The position numbers and the translations under genes were made by a program. The notes under the pieces were generated by a model. That model made no database searches. It was not told the DNA's origin and saw nothing but the letters and a program-made list of their open reading frames with translations. DNA of 64,000 nt from Terriglobales bacterium (GTDB lineage: Bacteria > Acidobacteriota > Terriglobia > Terriglobales > Acidobacteriaceae): assembly GCA_049521375.1 (NCBI GenBank), contig JBEKOW010000001.1:2850-66849 (forward strand), given 5' to 3'. Below are positions 54,353-62,870 of the stretch, piece by piece; positions within the stretch are counted from its first letter, which is position 1; the number at the start of each line of letters is the position of its first letter.

Positions 54353-56386
54353 ATGAGCCAGTCCGCACAGTTGAATCTGCGACCCGCGAGGGAAGCGAAA
54401 GGCGTCTGCCAGGTGGAATCGTTAGCCACAAAAATGGATCGAGAACCCAGCGCCGCCGAGGTGCTCGCCAAGTATCTGCGCCGCCCCAATGTTTTCGTGT
54501 CCCTCCTGGCGTTGACCACATTGGTCGTCTATAGCGGCTCCTTGTCTTTCGATTTTGTCTGGGACGACTGGCCTCAGATCGTCAATAATCCGATCATTCG
54601 CAGCTGGAGCAACCTTCCCCGCGCTTTTGGAAGCGACCTCTGGTACCACATGGCGCGGCATCAGGTGTATTACCGCCCGCTCTTTGTCGTCTGGTCCATG
54701 CTGAACTACGCGCTCTTCGGATTGCGGCCCTGGGGTTGGCATCTGGGCGCGCTGCTGGCGCATGTTGGCGCCGCGCTCTCCGTATTCTGGCTGGCCCGAA
54801 AACTGGGAATCGAATACTGGACATCCGCTCTTGCCGCGCTGATCTTTGCCTTGCACCCCATCCACATCGAGGCCGTCTCCTGGATTTCCGCCGCTTCTGA
54901 CTCGATGGTCACCATGTCGTTCGCGCTCGCCTTTGTCGCCTTCCTCACTGCCCGGAACCCCCGCGGTCACAACAAAGTAGCCTGTTGGATCGCATCGTTA
55001 TTCTTGCTGGCCTGCGCGCTTCTAACGAAAGAGATGGCGGTAAGCTTCGCAGCGCTCGTAGCAATTTATGCCTGGCTGAATCCCGCGGAAGGGAAGATGA
55101 CTCCCACACGCAGAGTTCTATGGGCCATTGCCGAGTCAACGCCCTTTGTCTTGGTTACCCTTGCGTACGTCCTGCTACGTAAACACGCTCTGCCCCACGC
55201 TGCCGGGCAGTTTGATCCCAACCACGGATTGGTTGATCTGGCCCGTACTTTGCCGCTCGTGATCAGCTTCTATCTCTGGAAGCTCCTGGTTCCCGTGGGA
55301 CTAACCGGCCTCTATTACACGCCCTATGTCACCCACGCAATCCTGACTCAACTTATAGCACCCGTCTTATTGCTGCTCGCAGCCCTCGCCGGATTGTGGT
55401 ATTGGAATCGCCGGGAAGGGAACTCGACGGTTGCTTTTGCCGGGCTCTGGCTGCTGGTTGGGCTCGCCCCGGCGCTCTACCTCCGCAATTTCGGCAATGG
55501 CGATTTCGTCAGGGATCGCTATATCTGCCTGCCTTCGGTCGGCTTCGCAATCCTGTTGGCGATGGCGTGCCAGCGCTTGCCATCCATTAAGCAATGGAGT
55601 TCGCAGACGGTCAGAGTCGCCGCCGTTCTTGCGCTGGGTCTTGTCTATGTGGGCGCCTCGCTCTCGCAGCAAGTTTACTGGGCGAACGATCTGCTCCTCT
55701 GGAGCCGGGGTCACGCCCTCTATCCCGACAACCCCTACGCCTCGGTCGGTCTTGCCGCCGAATACAGCAAGCGCGGCGCGCACGACCGCGCGATTGAACT
55801 GGCAGAGTCGGCGGTCCGCCTGCATCCCGATCTGAGCTACGCTCCGCTGGCGCTGGCGGAAACCTACATTCGAGCCGGAAGGTTCGACCAGGGCCGCTTC
55901 TGGCTGCAAAGGGTGCCGCCCGAGTACGTGAAATCGGAGATGGGGACTGCAGCCTTCGCCGGACTCTACGGCCGCATGGGCGACTATGATAAGGCTCTGG
56001 CCTACTGCTCCGAGATTCTGCAGAAGGAGCCCGATCTCTATTCAGCCCTTTATAACTGCGGGAACATTCACCTGATGGATGGCCAATATCGGGAAGCGGA
56101 ACGATTGTTATCGCGTGCGGTCGCACTCGCTCCCGAAGAGGCGGGACCGAAACATTTTCTGGGGCGCACCCTGCTCAAAGAAGGCCGCAATCAGGAAGCC
56201 CAAACTTATCTTCAGCAAGCCGTCGCCCTCGATCCCAAGGTCTGGGATTACCACTATTGGCTGGGCGAGTCGCTCGAAAAAAGTGGAGATCGGGCCACCG
56301 CGCGCGCCGAGTACGAGACCGCTCTGCGCTTGAATCAGGACAGCACCGAAACCAAACTCCGACTGACCGCTCTGGAGGCAAAATGA
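54353..56386 (+). CDS. GT-C-fold membrane glycosyltransferase, TMTC/PMT_2 (DUF1736)-like, with a C-terminal TPR domain
   Basis: The first-loop motif 'SLSFDFVWDDWPQIVNNPIIR' is present, with about 10 TM helices and then TPR repeats ('AIELAESAVRLHPD', 'ALAYCSEILQKEPD', 'AERLLSRAVALAPE', 'AQTYLQQAVALDPK', 'ARAEYETALRLNQD'). The start is uncertain, with alternatives at 54326 and 54434. Confidence 0.7.
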   Translation: MSQSAQLNLRPAREAKGVCQVESLATKMDREPSAAEVLAKYLRRPNVFVSLLALTTLVVYSGSLSFDFVWDDWPQIVNNPIIRSWSNLPRAFGSDLWYHMARHQVYYRPLFVVWSMLNYALFGLRPWGWHLGALLAHVGAALSVFWLARKLGIEYWTSALAALIFALHPIHIEAVSWISAASDSMVTMSFALAFVAFLTARNPRGHNKVACWIASLFLLACALLTKEMAVSFAALVAIYAWLNPAEGKMTPTRRVLWAIAESTPFVLVTLAYVLLRKHALPHAAGQFDPNHGLVDLARTLPLVISFYLWKLLVPVGLTGLYYTPYVTHAILTQLIAPVLLLLAALAGLWYWNRREGNSTVAFAGLWLLVGLAPALYLRNFGNGDFVRDRYICLPSVGFAILLAMACQRLPSIKQWSSQTVRVAAVLALGLVYVGASLSQQVYWANDLLLWSRGHALYPDNPYASVGLAAEYSKRGAHDRAIELAESAVRLHPDLSYAPLALAETYIRAGRFDQGRFWLQRVPPEYVKSEMGTAAFAGLYGRMGDYDKALAYCSEILQKEPDLYSALYNCGNIHLMDGQYREAERLLSRAVALAPEEAGPKHFLGRTLLKEGRNQEAQTYLQQAVALDPKVWDYHYWLGESLEKSGDRATARAEYETALRLNQDSTETKLRLTALEAK

Positions 56387-58338
56387 GCCGCGACATCGAG
56401 AAGCCAGCCGCGACAAGCGAGCCCACGACGACTTCCGGCCGCGAAGTGCTGAAGGTTGAAATAAAAGTTCGCGAGTTGGAATCAACAGAATCGGACGCCG
56501 TCCAGAGTGAAGCTGGCGTCTCTTCGACGAGTCATGACCAAGTTCTTCGTTGGGTAGTCCTCGCCGCGGTTCTGTTGATCGCTGGCACTTACGTCGGCCT
56601 TCGCATCGGCAACGGCTGGGTTCCGGCCGATGATGGAACCCTCGCCCAGAGTGCCCTGCGCGTCCTGCAAGGCCAGCTTCCCCATCGCGACTACGCTGAG
56701 ATCTACACTGGCGGTCTCAGCATGATCCATGCCCTAGCCTTCCGCACCCTGGGCGTGAACCTGATGTCGCTACGAATTTGCGTGTTCCTGTTTTTTCTGG
56801 CCTGGATTCCCGCCGTCTACTACATCGCGCTGCGCTTCACCTCCGCCCTCGGCGCTGGCCTCGTCACGCTCCTCGCGGTCTCCTGGAGCTTCCCGAATTA
56901 TCCCGCCGCCATGCCTTCCTGGTACAACCTGTTCTTCGCCACCTTCGGCGCGGCGGCTCTCCTGCGCTACCTCGAAGTAAGAACCAGAAAGTGGCTGTTA
57001 GTAGCAGGACTGTGCGGCGGACTCTCCCTGGCAATCAAAGTTATCGGAGCCTATTTCATTGCCGGCGCGCTCCTGTTTCTGGCTTTTCTGGAACAAAGCG
57101 ACCACGCGTCGAGCGAGCCCGCGAAAACGAGCTGGGGATATCGCGCCTTCAGCCTGGGCGCCTTGTCCGCCTTCCTCGGGACGCTGCTCTACGTGCTCCA
57201 TGCTCGTCTGACCATGGCAGAGTTCTACCATTTTGTCCTCCCTTCTACGGCCATGGTCTCCCTCATCTTATTCGGCGACCATAAGGTGTCGGCGCCAACC
57301 ACACAACGTTTCGCAGCGCTCCTGCGATTCGTCACTCCATTTGGCCTCGGCGTTCTAACTCCCCTCGCGATGTTGCTGGCGCCCTATGCGCTATCCGGGT
57401 CTCTCCGCAGCTTCGCCTCCGGCATGGCCTCGAGCGTCGCCGGGCACGTCGCGGATCTTGCCGTCATCCGTCCCGCCCCGCTTCAATACGTCGCTTTCGT
57501 GCTGCCGCTCCTGGCCATTCTTGCCGCCGCCATGTATTGGGATAAGTTTCAAGGCAAGGCCGTGGGCGCGGCTTTCGGCGTGGGAGCGATCGTGATCGCC
57601 GTGCGCGCCACGCAGTCGATGCGCATTCTGTCGGGAGTGTGGTTTTCGGCAGTAATGCTGACCCCGGTCGTGGTTTGTCTGGGCGTCGTCGTAGTAGCCG
57701 TGGCCGCCAGAAGCCGTGACCGCAGCCTTCTTCAGCGGCAACAGGTCATGCTGCTAACTTCTCTCGCGGCGACCTGCACCCTCGTCCAGTATCCCTTCGC
57801 CGCTCCCGTATATCTCTGCTATGCGTTGCCGCTGACCCTGCTCGCTCTTGTGTCCATCGTCTCCACCAGCAAGAAGCAGCCCGGAACTTATGTCCTGGTT
57901 TCGGTGGCCGTCCTTTACACGGCGTTCGGAGTCGTCTCGCTCATTCCCATGCAGGTCGCGGAGTTGACGCACGAAGTCGGCCACATGGACAAGTTGCGAC
58001 TACCCCGCGGCGGCGTGCGCATCGAAAACGCTCGCGTCTTCGAGGAACTGAGCCGCTTCCTGCAGCAGCATTCGCCGAACGGTCTGCTTTACGCCGGAAA
58101 CGATTGCCCCGAGGTTTACTTTCTCTCCGGCCTGAAAAACATCACCCGCGACGATGCAGGCGCCAAGCCAGATGAAGTATTGCGCGCCCTCCAATCCACG
58201 GATGTAAAAGTGGTAGTGATCAACGAAGCTCCTTTTTTCCCCGTCGGCCGCATGAACTCGGAAGTAAGAGCCGAGGTGGAGAAAAAGTTCCCCAACCATG
58301 GTCAAGCCGGAATCTTCCAGGTATTTTGGAGAGAGTAA
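56383..58338 (+). CDS. Polytopic membrane protein, possible second GT-C (ArnT/PMT-like) glycosyltransferase
   Basis: The ATG at 56383 overlaps the upstream stop (ATGA) and is preceded by GGAGG. The protein has 12 or more TM helices, an early extracytoplasmic loop 'GWVPADDGTLAQSAL...HRDY', and a soluble ~110-aa C-terminal domain. The family assignment is tentative. Confidence 0.45.
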   Translation: MSRDIEKPAATSEPTTTSGREVLKVEIKVRELESTESDAVQSEAGVSSTSHDQVLRWVVLAAVLLIAGTYVGLRIGNGWVPADDGTLAQSALRVLQGQLPHRDYAEIYTGGLSMIHALAFRTLGVNLMSLRICVFLFFLAWIPAVYYIALRFTSALGAGLVTLLAVSWSFPNYPAAMPSWYNLFFATFGAAALLRYLEVRTRKWLLVAGLCGGLSLAIKVIGAYFIAGALLFLAFLEQSDHASSEPAKTSWGYRAFSLGALSAFLGTLLYVLHARLTMAEFYHFVLPSTAMVSLILFGDHKVSAPTTQRFAALLRFVTPFGLGVLTPLAMLLAPYALSGSLRSFASGMASSVAGHVADLAVIRPAPLQYVAFVLPLLAILAAAMYWDKFQGKAVGAAFGVGAIVIAVRATQSMRILSGVWFSAVMLTPVVVCLGVVVVAVAARSRDRSLLQRQQVMLLTSLAATCTLVQYPFAAPVYLCYALPLTLLALVSIVSTSKKQPGTYVLVSVAVLYTAFGVVSLIPMQVAELTHEVGHMDKLRLPRGGVRIENARVFEELSRFLQQHSPNGLLYAGNDCPEVYFLSGLKNITRDDAGAKPDEVLRALQSTDVKVVVINEAPFFPVGRMNSEVRAEVEKKFPNHGQAGIFQVFWRE

Positions 58339-58410
58339 GCCGTCAAACAACTCGCTGAAAATCGGTTGGTATCAGGTTATCGCTTTAGCGATATCTTCAT
58401 CTACGGCCGT

Positions 58411-58487
58411 GTCATCCTGAGCGCAGCGGAACGAGAAGCGAAGCGAGTCGTCCCGCGCGGTCGAAGGATCCCTACTCTTCCCTCACA
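58411..58487 (+). repeat. Dispersed intergenic repeat, GTCGAAGGATCCCT family (copy 3)
   Basis: GTCATCCTGAGCGCAGCGGAACGAGAAGCGAAGCGAGTCGTCCCGCGCGGTCGAAGGATCCCTACTCTTCCCTCACA aligns with the copy at 30545. Confidence 0.8.
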
Positions 58488-58578
58488 CCAACCGCGCCCA
58501 CTTGTGGAGTTCCCCGAAACGCACGCTGCCCTCGCAACCCGATGGCAAACAGTGGGATAATCTACGCGGTCACGGGGA

Positions 58579-59502
58579 CTAGCTCTTGCGCGCCCACAAG
58601 CGCAGGCACGTGGGCTGCCCGGTGAGGAGCCGAGCGCCAAACTGCAAGGGATGCAATAGCACTCCCGCCGCAAACAACACTGAGTTATACCCGCACCCGA
58701 TCAGGTTTCGCAGCGACCTCCCTATCTTCGGCATTTCGCACCCACCTGAGTGCTCCGGAACCAATCCCGCGTCCAACGCCGCCTGCTTCAATGCGGCTTT
58801 GGAAAAATGAATGGGATGATAAGGAACGTAGTAGCCGTCCCAATATTTGCCGAAAACGTTCCGTAGCGGGGCCTCCAGGTTGGGCACTTCAACCAGCAAA
58901 ACGCCGCCCGGAGACATCAGGTCGCTTATGCCTTTCAGGAAATCCACAGGATGATACGTGTGCTCGAGAACGTGGCGGCAGAGAACAAGGTCAAAGGGAG
59001 TGTGCGCCGTCAGTCCGGCATAGTCCGAGTAATGAATGTCTTCCCCTTCGATCATGGGCGGAGCTGCCTCGTGGTAGTCCGTTGCCCATACCGCGCTTTC
59101 CGGAAACGTCCTCCGCAGGGAAAGCGCGAAAGCCCCGTTGCCGCAGGCGTAATCGAGTATCTTTTTTACCGGCGAGCCAAGCCGCGCGTTGCCCACCATC
59201 GTTCGCACGTCGCGATCCGCAACCGCATCCTTGAGCCTCGCGGCCATCGAAGAGTTATCCCCCTGAAAATCCGAGGATGTCCGGTCTTCATACAATAAGT
59301 GACTGTCTGACTCGGACGGCACCGGATCCGTGATTCCGATCCCGCACCCGCCGCAGCGGTAGACCGAAAACAGTTCTCTCTCGAACGGGCCAGCGCCATA
59401 CGTGACAGCGTCGAGTTCCCATGAGCCGCGGCTGGTCTTGCAGAAAGGACAGTTCTGCAAATGAATCAATTCCGGAAGCGGTCGCCCCGCCGCGGACTCC
59501 AT
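58579..59502 (-). CDS. Class I SAM-dependent methyltransferase with an N-terminal Cys4 zinc ribbon
   Basis: 'CPFC...CGGC' is followed by SAM motif I 'ILDYACGNGAF' and 'DLVLCRHVLEH'. The start was chosen downstream of the GT2 stop and is uncertain. Confidence 0.75.
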   Translation of the reverse strand: MESAAGRPLPELIHLQNCPFCKTSRGSWELDAVTYGAGPFERELFSVYRCGGCGIGITDPVPSESDSHLLYEDRTSSDFQGDNSSMAARLKDAVADRDVRTMVGNARLGSPVKKILDYACGNGAFALSLRRTFPESAVWATDYHEAAPPMIEGEDIHYSDYAGLTAHTPFDLVLCRHVLEHTYHPVDFLKGISDLMSPGGVLLVEVPNLEAPLRNVFGKYWDGYYVPYHPIHFSKAALKQAALDAGLVPEHSGGCEMPKIGRSLRNLIGCGYNSVLFAAGVLLHPLQFGARLLTGQPTCLRLWARKS

Positions 59503-59572
59503 CCTGCGGCGATCAGCGAGTCCGGGTTGTTCAAGTATCTCCACCTGTTCTCTGTCCCCGACGGCCGTTCTC

Positions 59573-60586
59573 TTAGTTGCCGGAAGTCGCGCCCGACGCC
59601 AGTTCGGCCCGTGGCATCGGCGCTCCCATCTCGTGCTCAAAGTTCAGTTTCTCGCGCTCCACCACCAGCGGACGGTTATGCACCTGCGTGTGGATGTTCC
59701 CGATGTATTCGCCCAGTATGCCCATAAACAAAAGTTGCAGCGAGCCTAGAAAAAACATGCCGATGGCAATGGGCGCGATGCCCACCGTAAACTGCCGCCA
59801 GAAAAGCAGCTTGTATCCGAAGTAAACAGTTCCGCCCAGCAGCGATAAGAGTGACCCGGCAAAGCCCGCAAAAGTCACCAGCCGCAGCGGCACCTTCGAG
59901 AGCTTCGTGATCCCCAGCATCGCGAGATCGTACAGCGTGTAAAAGTTGTTCTTGGATTTCCCGCTCTTGCGCCGCTGCTGCTCGTAAACAACCTCGGCGT
60001 GCGGCAGTCCGATCTCCGCGATCATGCCCCGAAAATATGGATAAGGGTCGCCAAACTGGCGGACCAGGTCGATTACCTTGCGATCGTAAAGCCCGAACCC
60101 AGTGAAGTTCTCGTAAGTCTCAATATCGTCGGCCAGGTGGTTCACCAGGCGGTAAAACAGCTTCCGCAGCAGGAACATGGGCGCGGCCTCGCGGCTCGTA
60201 TGCTTGGCCGCAATCACGATCGGAAAGCCTTGTTCCCATTGCTCAATCAACTGCTCCAGCACTTCCGGAGGATCCTGCAAGTCCGACATCAGAACGATAA
60301 TGGCGTCGCCCCTCGCCTGAAACATGGCGTGCATGGGAGACCGGATGTGCCCGAAGTTTCGCGCGTTGCGGATCACCTTCACGTTCGCGTCGTCGGCCGC
60401 AATCTCGCGCAGCACCGCAAAGGTGGAGTCGTGCGACGCGTTATCGATAAAAATATGCTCGTAGCGATAGCGCCCGAGCTTCAGCATCAGGCTGCGCACC
60501 CGCTCATAAACTTCGCGCACGTTGCCTTCTTCGTTGAAGCACGGCGTCACTACGCTGATGGTCTTCACTTCTACAAGACCTTTCAC
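59573..60586 (-). CDS. Family-2 glycosyltransferase, polyprenyl-phosphate sugar transferase type (GtrB/ArnC/DPM1-like)
   Basis: 'ISVVTPCFNEEGN', 'IFIDNASHDST' and 'IIVLMSDLQDPPE' are present, plus two C-terminal TM helices. The GTG start overlaps the upstream stop (GTGA). Confidence 0.85.
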   Translation of the reverse strand: MKGLVEVKTISVVTPCFNEEGNVREVYERVRSLMLKLGRYRYEHIFIDNASHDSTFAVLREIAADDANVKVIRNARNFGHIRSPMHAMFQARGDAIIVLMSDLQDPPEVLEQLIEQWEQGFPIVIAAKHTSREAAPMFLLRKLFYRLVNHLADDIETYENFTGFGLYDRKVIDLVRQFGDPYPYFRGMIAEIGLPHAEVVYEQQRRKSGKSKNNFYTLYDLAMLGITKLSKVPLRLVTFAGFAGSLLSLLGGTVYFGYKLLFWRQFTVGIAPIAIGMFFLGSLQLLFMGILGEYIGNIHTQVHNRPLVVEREKLNFEHEMGAPMPRAELASGATSGN

Positions 60587-61710
60587 TTGCCGCTGCCGGC
60601 CTTCGCCGACAGAACTGCGGGTTGCGGCGGCAGCCCGCGATGGTAGATAAGTTCCGTGAGCGACGGTATGTTGGCGTACGGGCTATCGATGGCGTCAATC
60701 ATGATTGCCTGGTGCGCCGGAACCGCCTTCCGGATCACTTCTCCCCGCATCAACTCCCGGCAGGAAATCTGTCCCTGCTGCAGCGGAATGGCGAGATAGA
60801 CGTCCGCGTCCTGCAGGACGTGCCCCACTGGCAGATCGCGCTTGGCATACACGCCGCGCACCAGCGAGTCCAGGTAGGAAATTTCTTTTTGCGGCGGAAG
60901 CCGCTTCTGCGTCCCCGGAGCCCCGCACATGCGCTTGGCGCGATGGAACGCCTTGAACCACGTGTCGATCTGTTCCGGCACCGAGCAGTAGGGCGAGACC
61001 GTCATCCCTTCCGTCTGAATGTCGACGTGCCGTTCGAACGTTCGCGCTCCCTTGGCATACGCCAACAGCATGGAAGAAGTCCAGTCTTTGTACTCGTGCG
61101 TCGAGAACCCGATTGTGTGTGTCGGGTAGCGGTTACGCAGAAAGTCGATCTGGTTCAGCTCGATGTCGCAATCCTCCGACGGGTAGAGCGACACGCAATG
61201 ATTGATGGCCAGCGGTATATGTCGGTTATCGAAGAATGTTACTAAGTCGTCGATATCTTTGAGGGAAGAGCCTCCCGTCGAAACGATCGCCGGTTTCTTG
61301 GTCTTCGCAATAGTCTCGATCAGGATCCAGTCATTGCAGTCGGAGCTTGCAATTTTCAGAATTGGGATGCCCAGCTTGCAGCAGAAATCGACCGAGCTCT
61401 CGTCAAAAGGCGTGGCCAGCGGGATGCAGCCGGCGTCCCGAATGGCCTGCACCATGGTCACGAAATCCTCAGGCTTCAGGCGCGTGTCGATCGTTTTCTT
61501 GATGTAGCGGATGTCGTCTCGCTGCCGGAAATCCTTGTGAACGAACGTGTCCACGTCGCGGAACTGCAACTTGATGGCCGCGCGAACATTGTTGAAGCGC
61601 ACAACCTGCGCGTAGTTGCTGATGATCTTCAGGCCGCGTTGCAGGTCGCCCAGGTGATTGTTGGCCAGTTCCAGTACAAACAGCTCATCAAATATGTCGT
61701 TGCCAGTCAT
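60583..61710 (-). CDS. NeuB-family PEP-condensing sugar-acid synthase (N-acetylneuraminate-synthase family) with a C-terminal SAF domain
   Basis: 'VLELANNHLGD', 'ATPFDESSVDF', 'LKIASSD', 'AIVSTGG', 'HCVSLYPS', 'IGFSTHE' and 'FERH' line up with NeuB blocks. A SAF-like tail, 'RGVYAKRDLPVGHVL', follows. Confidence 0.75.
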   Translation of the reverse strand: MTGNDIFDELFVLELANNHLGDLQRGLKIISNYAQVVRFNNVRAAIKLQFRDVDTFVHKDFRQRDDIRYIKKTIDTRLKPEDFVTMVQAIRDAGCIPLATPFDESSVDFCCKLGIPILKIASSDCNDWILIETIAKTKKPAIVSTGGSSLKDIDDLVTFFDNRHIPLAINHCVSLYPSEDCDIELNQIDFLRNRYPTHTIGFSTHEYKDWTSSMLLAYAKGARTFERHVDIQTEGMTVSPYCSVPEQIDTWFKAFHRAKRMCGAPGTQKRLPPQKEISYLDSLVRGVYAKRDLPVGHVLQDADVYLAIPLQQGQISCRELMRGEVIRKAVPAHQAIMIDAIDSPYANIPSLTELIYHRGLPPQPAVLSAKAGSGK

Positions 61711-61763
61711 AGTATTAGTCGCCTTGGTACTGTCATCGTCTTGCTGACCTGTCTTTCGCTCGC

Positions 61764-62858
61764 TTACGCGTGCTGTCCAAGAGCGGGAGCTTCTTTTCGT
61801 ATCCCGCGCCTGGCATACCCTTCCGCCGCGGACCATTGGTAGGTGCGGAGAATCGCGTCTCGTAACGGCACCTCAGCATGCAGACCCAGTTCGGTCCGCG
61901 CCCGCACCGTGGATGGCACGTAGCGCTGCGGTTGCGCATCCGGTGCCTGCTTGCCTGCGATCTGCACTCTGACCGCGGGTGGCACTGCCGCCGCCACCTC
62001 GTGCGCCAGCGCCGCAATATTCAGCGCGTCTTCAGAGCCCACGTTATAAGCGCATCCTGCTCGCCCCCTGAAGAGCATCGTCCAGAGCCACACCACCAAG
62101 TCGGACGCGTACAGATACGACCGGAATGGCACCCCGTCGCCCTTCACCTGGATGGTTTCGCCTCGCAGCGCATTCGAGATGAAGTTCCCAATGGCAAAAT
62201 GCGCATCCAGTTGCATGTAGGGACCCACGAATGCAAAGCAGCGCGCCACCGTCGTCTCAAAAGTCGGCGTCGCCGAAACCGCGCATAGCAACTCGGCAGC
62301 GCGTTTTCCTTCCGCATAAGCCGACGCGCGATTCAGGGGATCGGGCCCGCCCGAAAACGATTCGCCGACGTGCGTAAGACCCGACGGCTGCTCTCCATAG
62401 ATTGCCCCCGAACTGACCAGAAGAAATCGCTTAACGGAATGGGCTAGCGAGAACTCAAGCGTTCGCCGTGTACCTCTCATGATCGTGTCAAACATGACGA
62501 GCGGTTCCTCGCGATTCAGTTGTGCGCTGGCCGAGGTCGCCGCATGCATGACATGGGAAAACTGTCCCTCCGGGAACTGTCCATCCCGAATGTCCGCCGC
62601 ATGCAAAGTGATTGCCGGGTCCTCCGCCAGATGCCGCGCCTTTTGCGCCAGCGTTTGCGGATTCCGCGACAGCGCCACCGCATGAGCGTCCAGGTTCAGC
62701 CTCCGGTTCGCCCAGGCAAAGCTCTCCAGCAGCCAGCATCCAAAAAAGCCGGTCGCGCCCGTGATCAGGATGCGTTCCCCCCGCAACTCGCTCCATAGCG
62801 GCTCCGTCCGAGCCAGAATGTTGTCGAGATCTTCAGTGAGTCGGTTCGTCATCGTCAC
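61764..62858 (-). CDS. Extended-SDR NAD-dependent sugar epimerase/dehydratase/reductase
   Basis: The Rossmann motif 'ILITGATGFFG' and the catalytic 'YAEGK' (YxxxK) are present. The specificity cannot be called. Confidence 0.8.
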   Translation of the reverse strand: MTMTNRLTEDLDNILARTEPLWSELRGERILITGATGFFGCWLLESFAWANRRLNLDAHAVALSRNPQTLAQKARHLAEDPAITLHAADIRDGQFPEGQFSHVMHAATSASAQLNREEPLVMFDTIMRGTRRTLEFSLAHSVKRFLLVSSGAIYGEQPSGLTHVGESFSGGPDPLNRASAYAEGKRAAELLCAVSATPTFETTVARCFAFVGPYMQLDAHFAIGNFISNALRGETIQVKGDGVPFRSYLYASDLVVWLWTMLFRGRAGCAYNVGSEDALNIAALAHEVAAAVPPAVRVQIAGKQAPDAQPQRYVPSTVRARTELGLHAEVPLRDAILRTYQWSAAEGYARRGIRKEAPALGQHA

Positions 62859-62870
62859 CCATTTGCAAAC

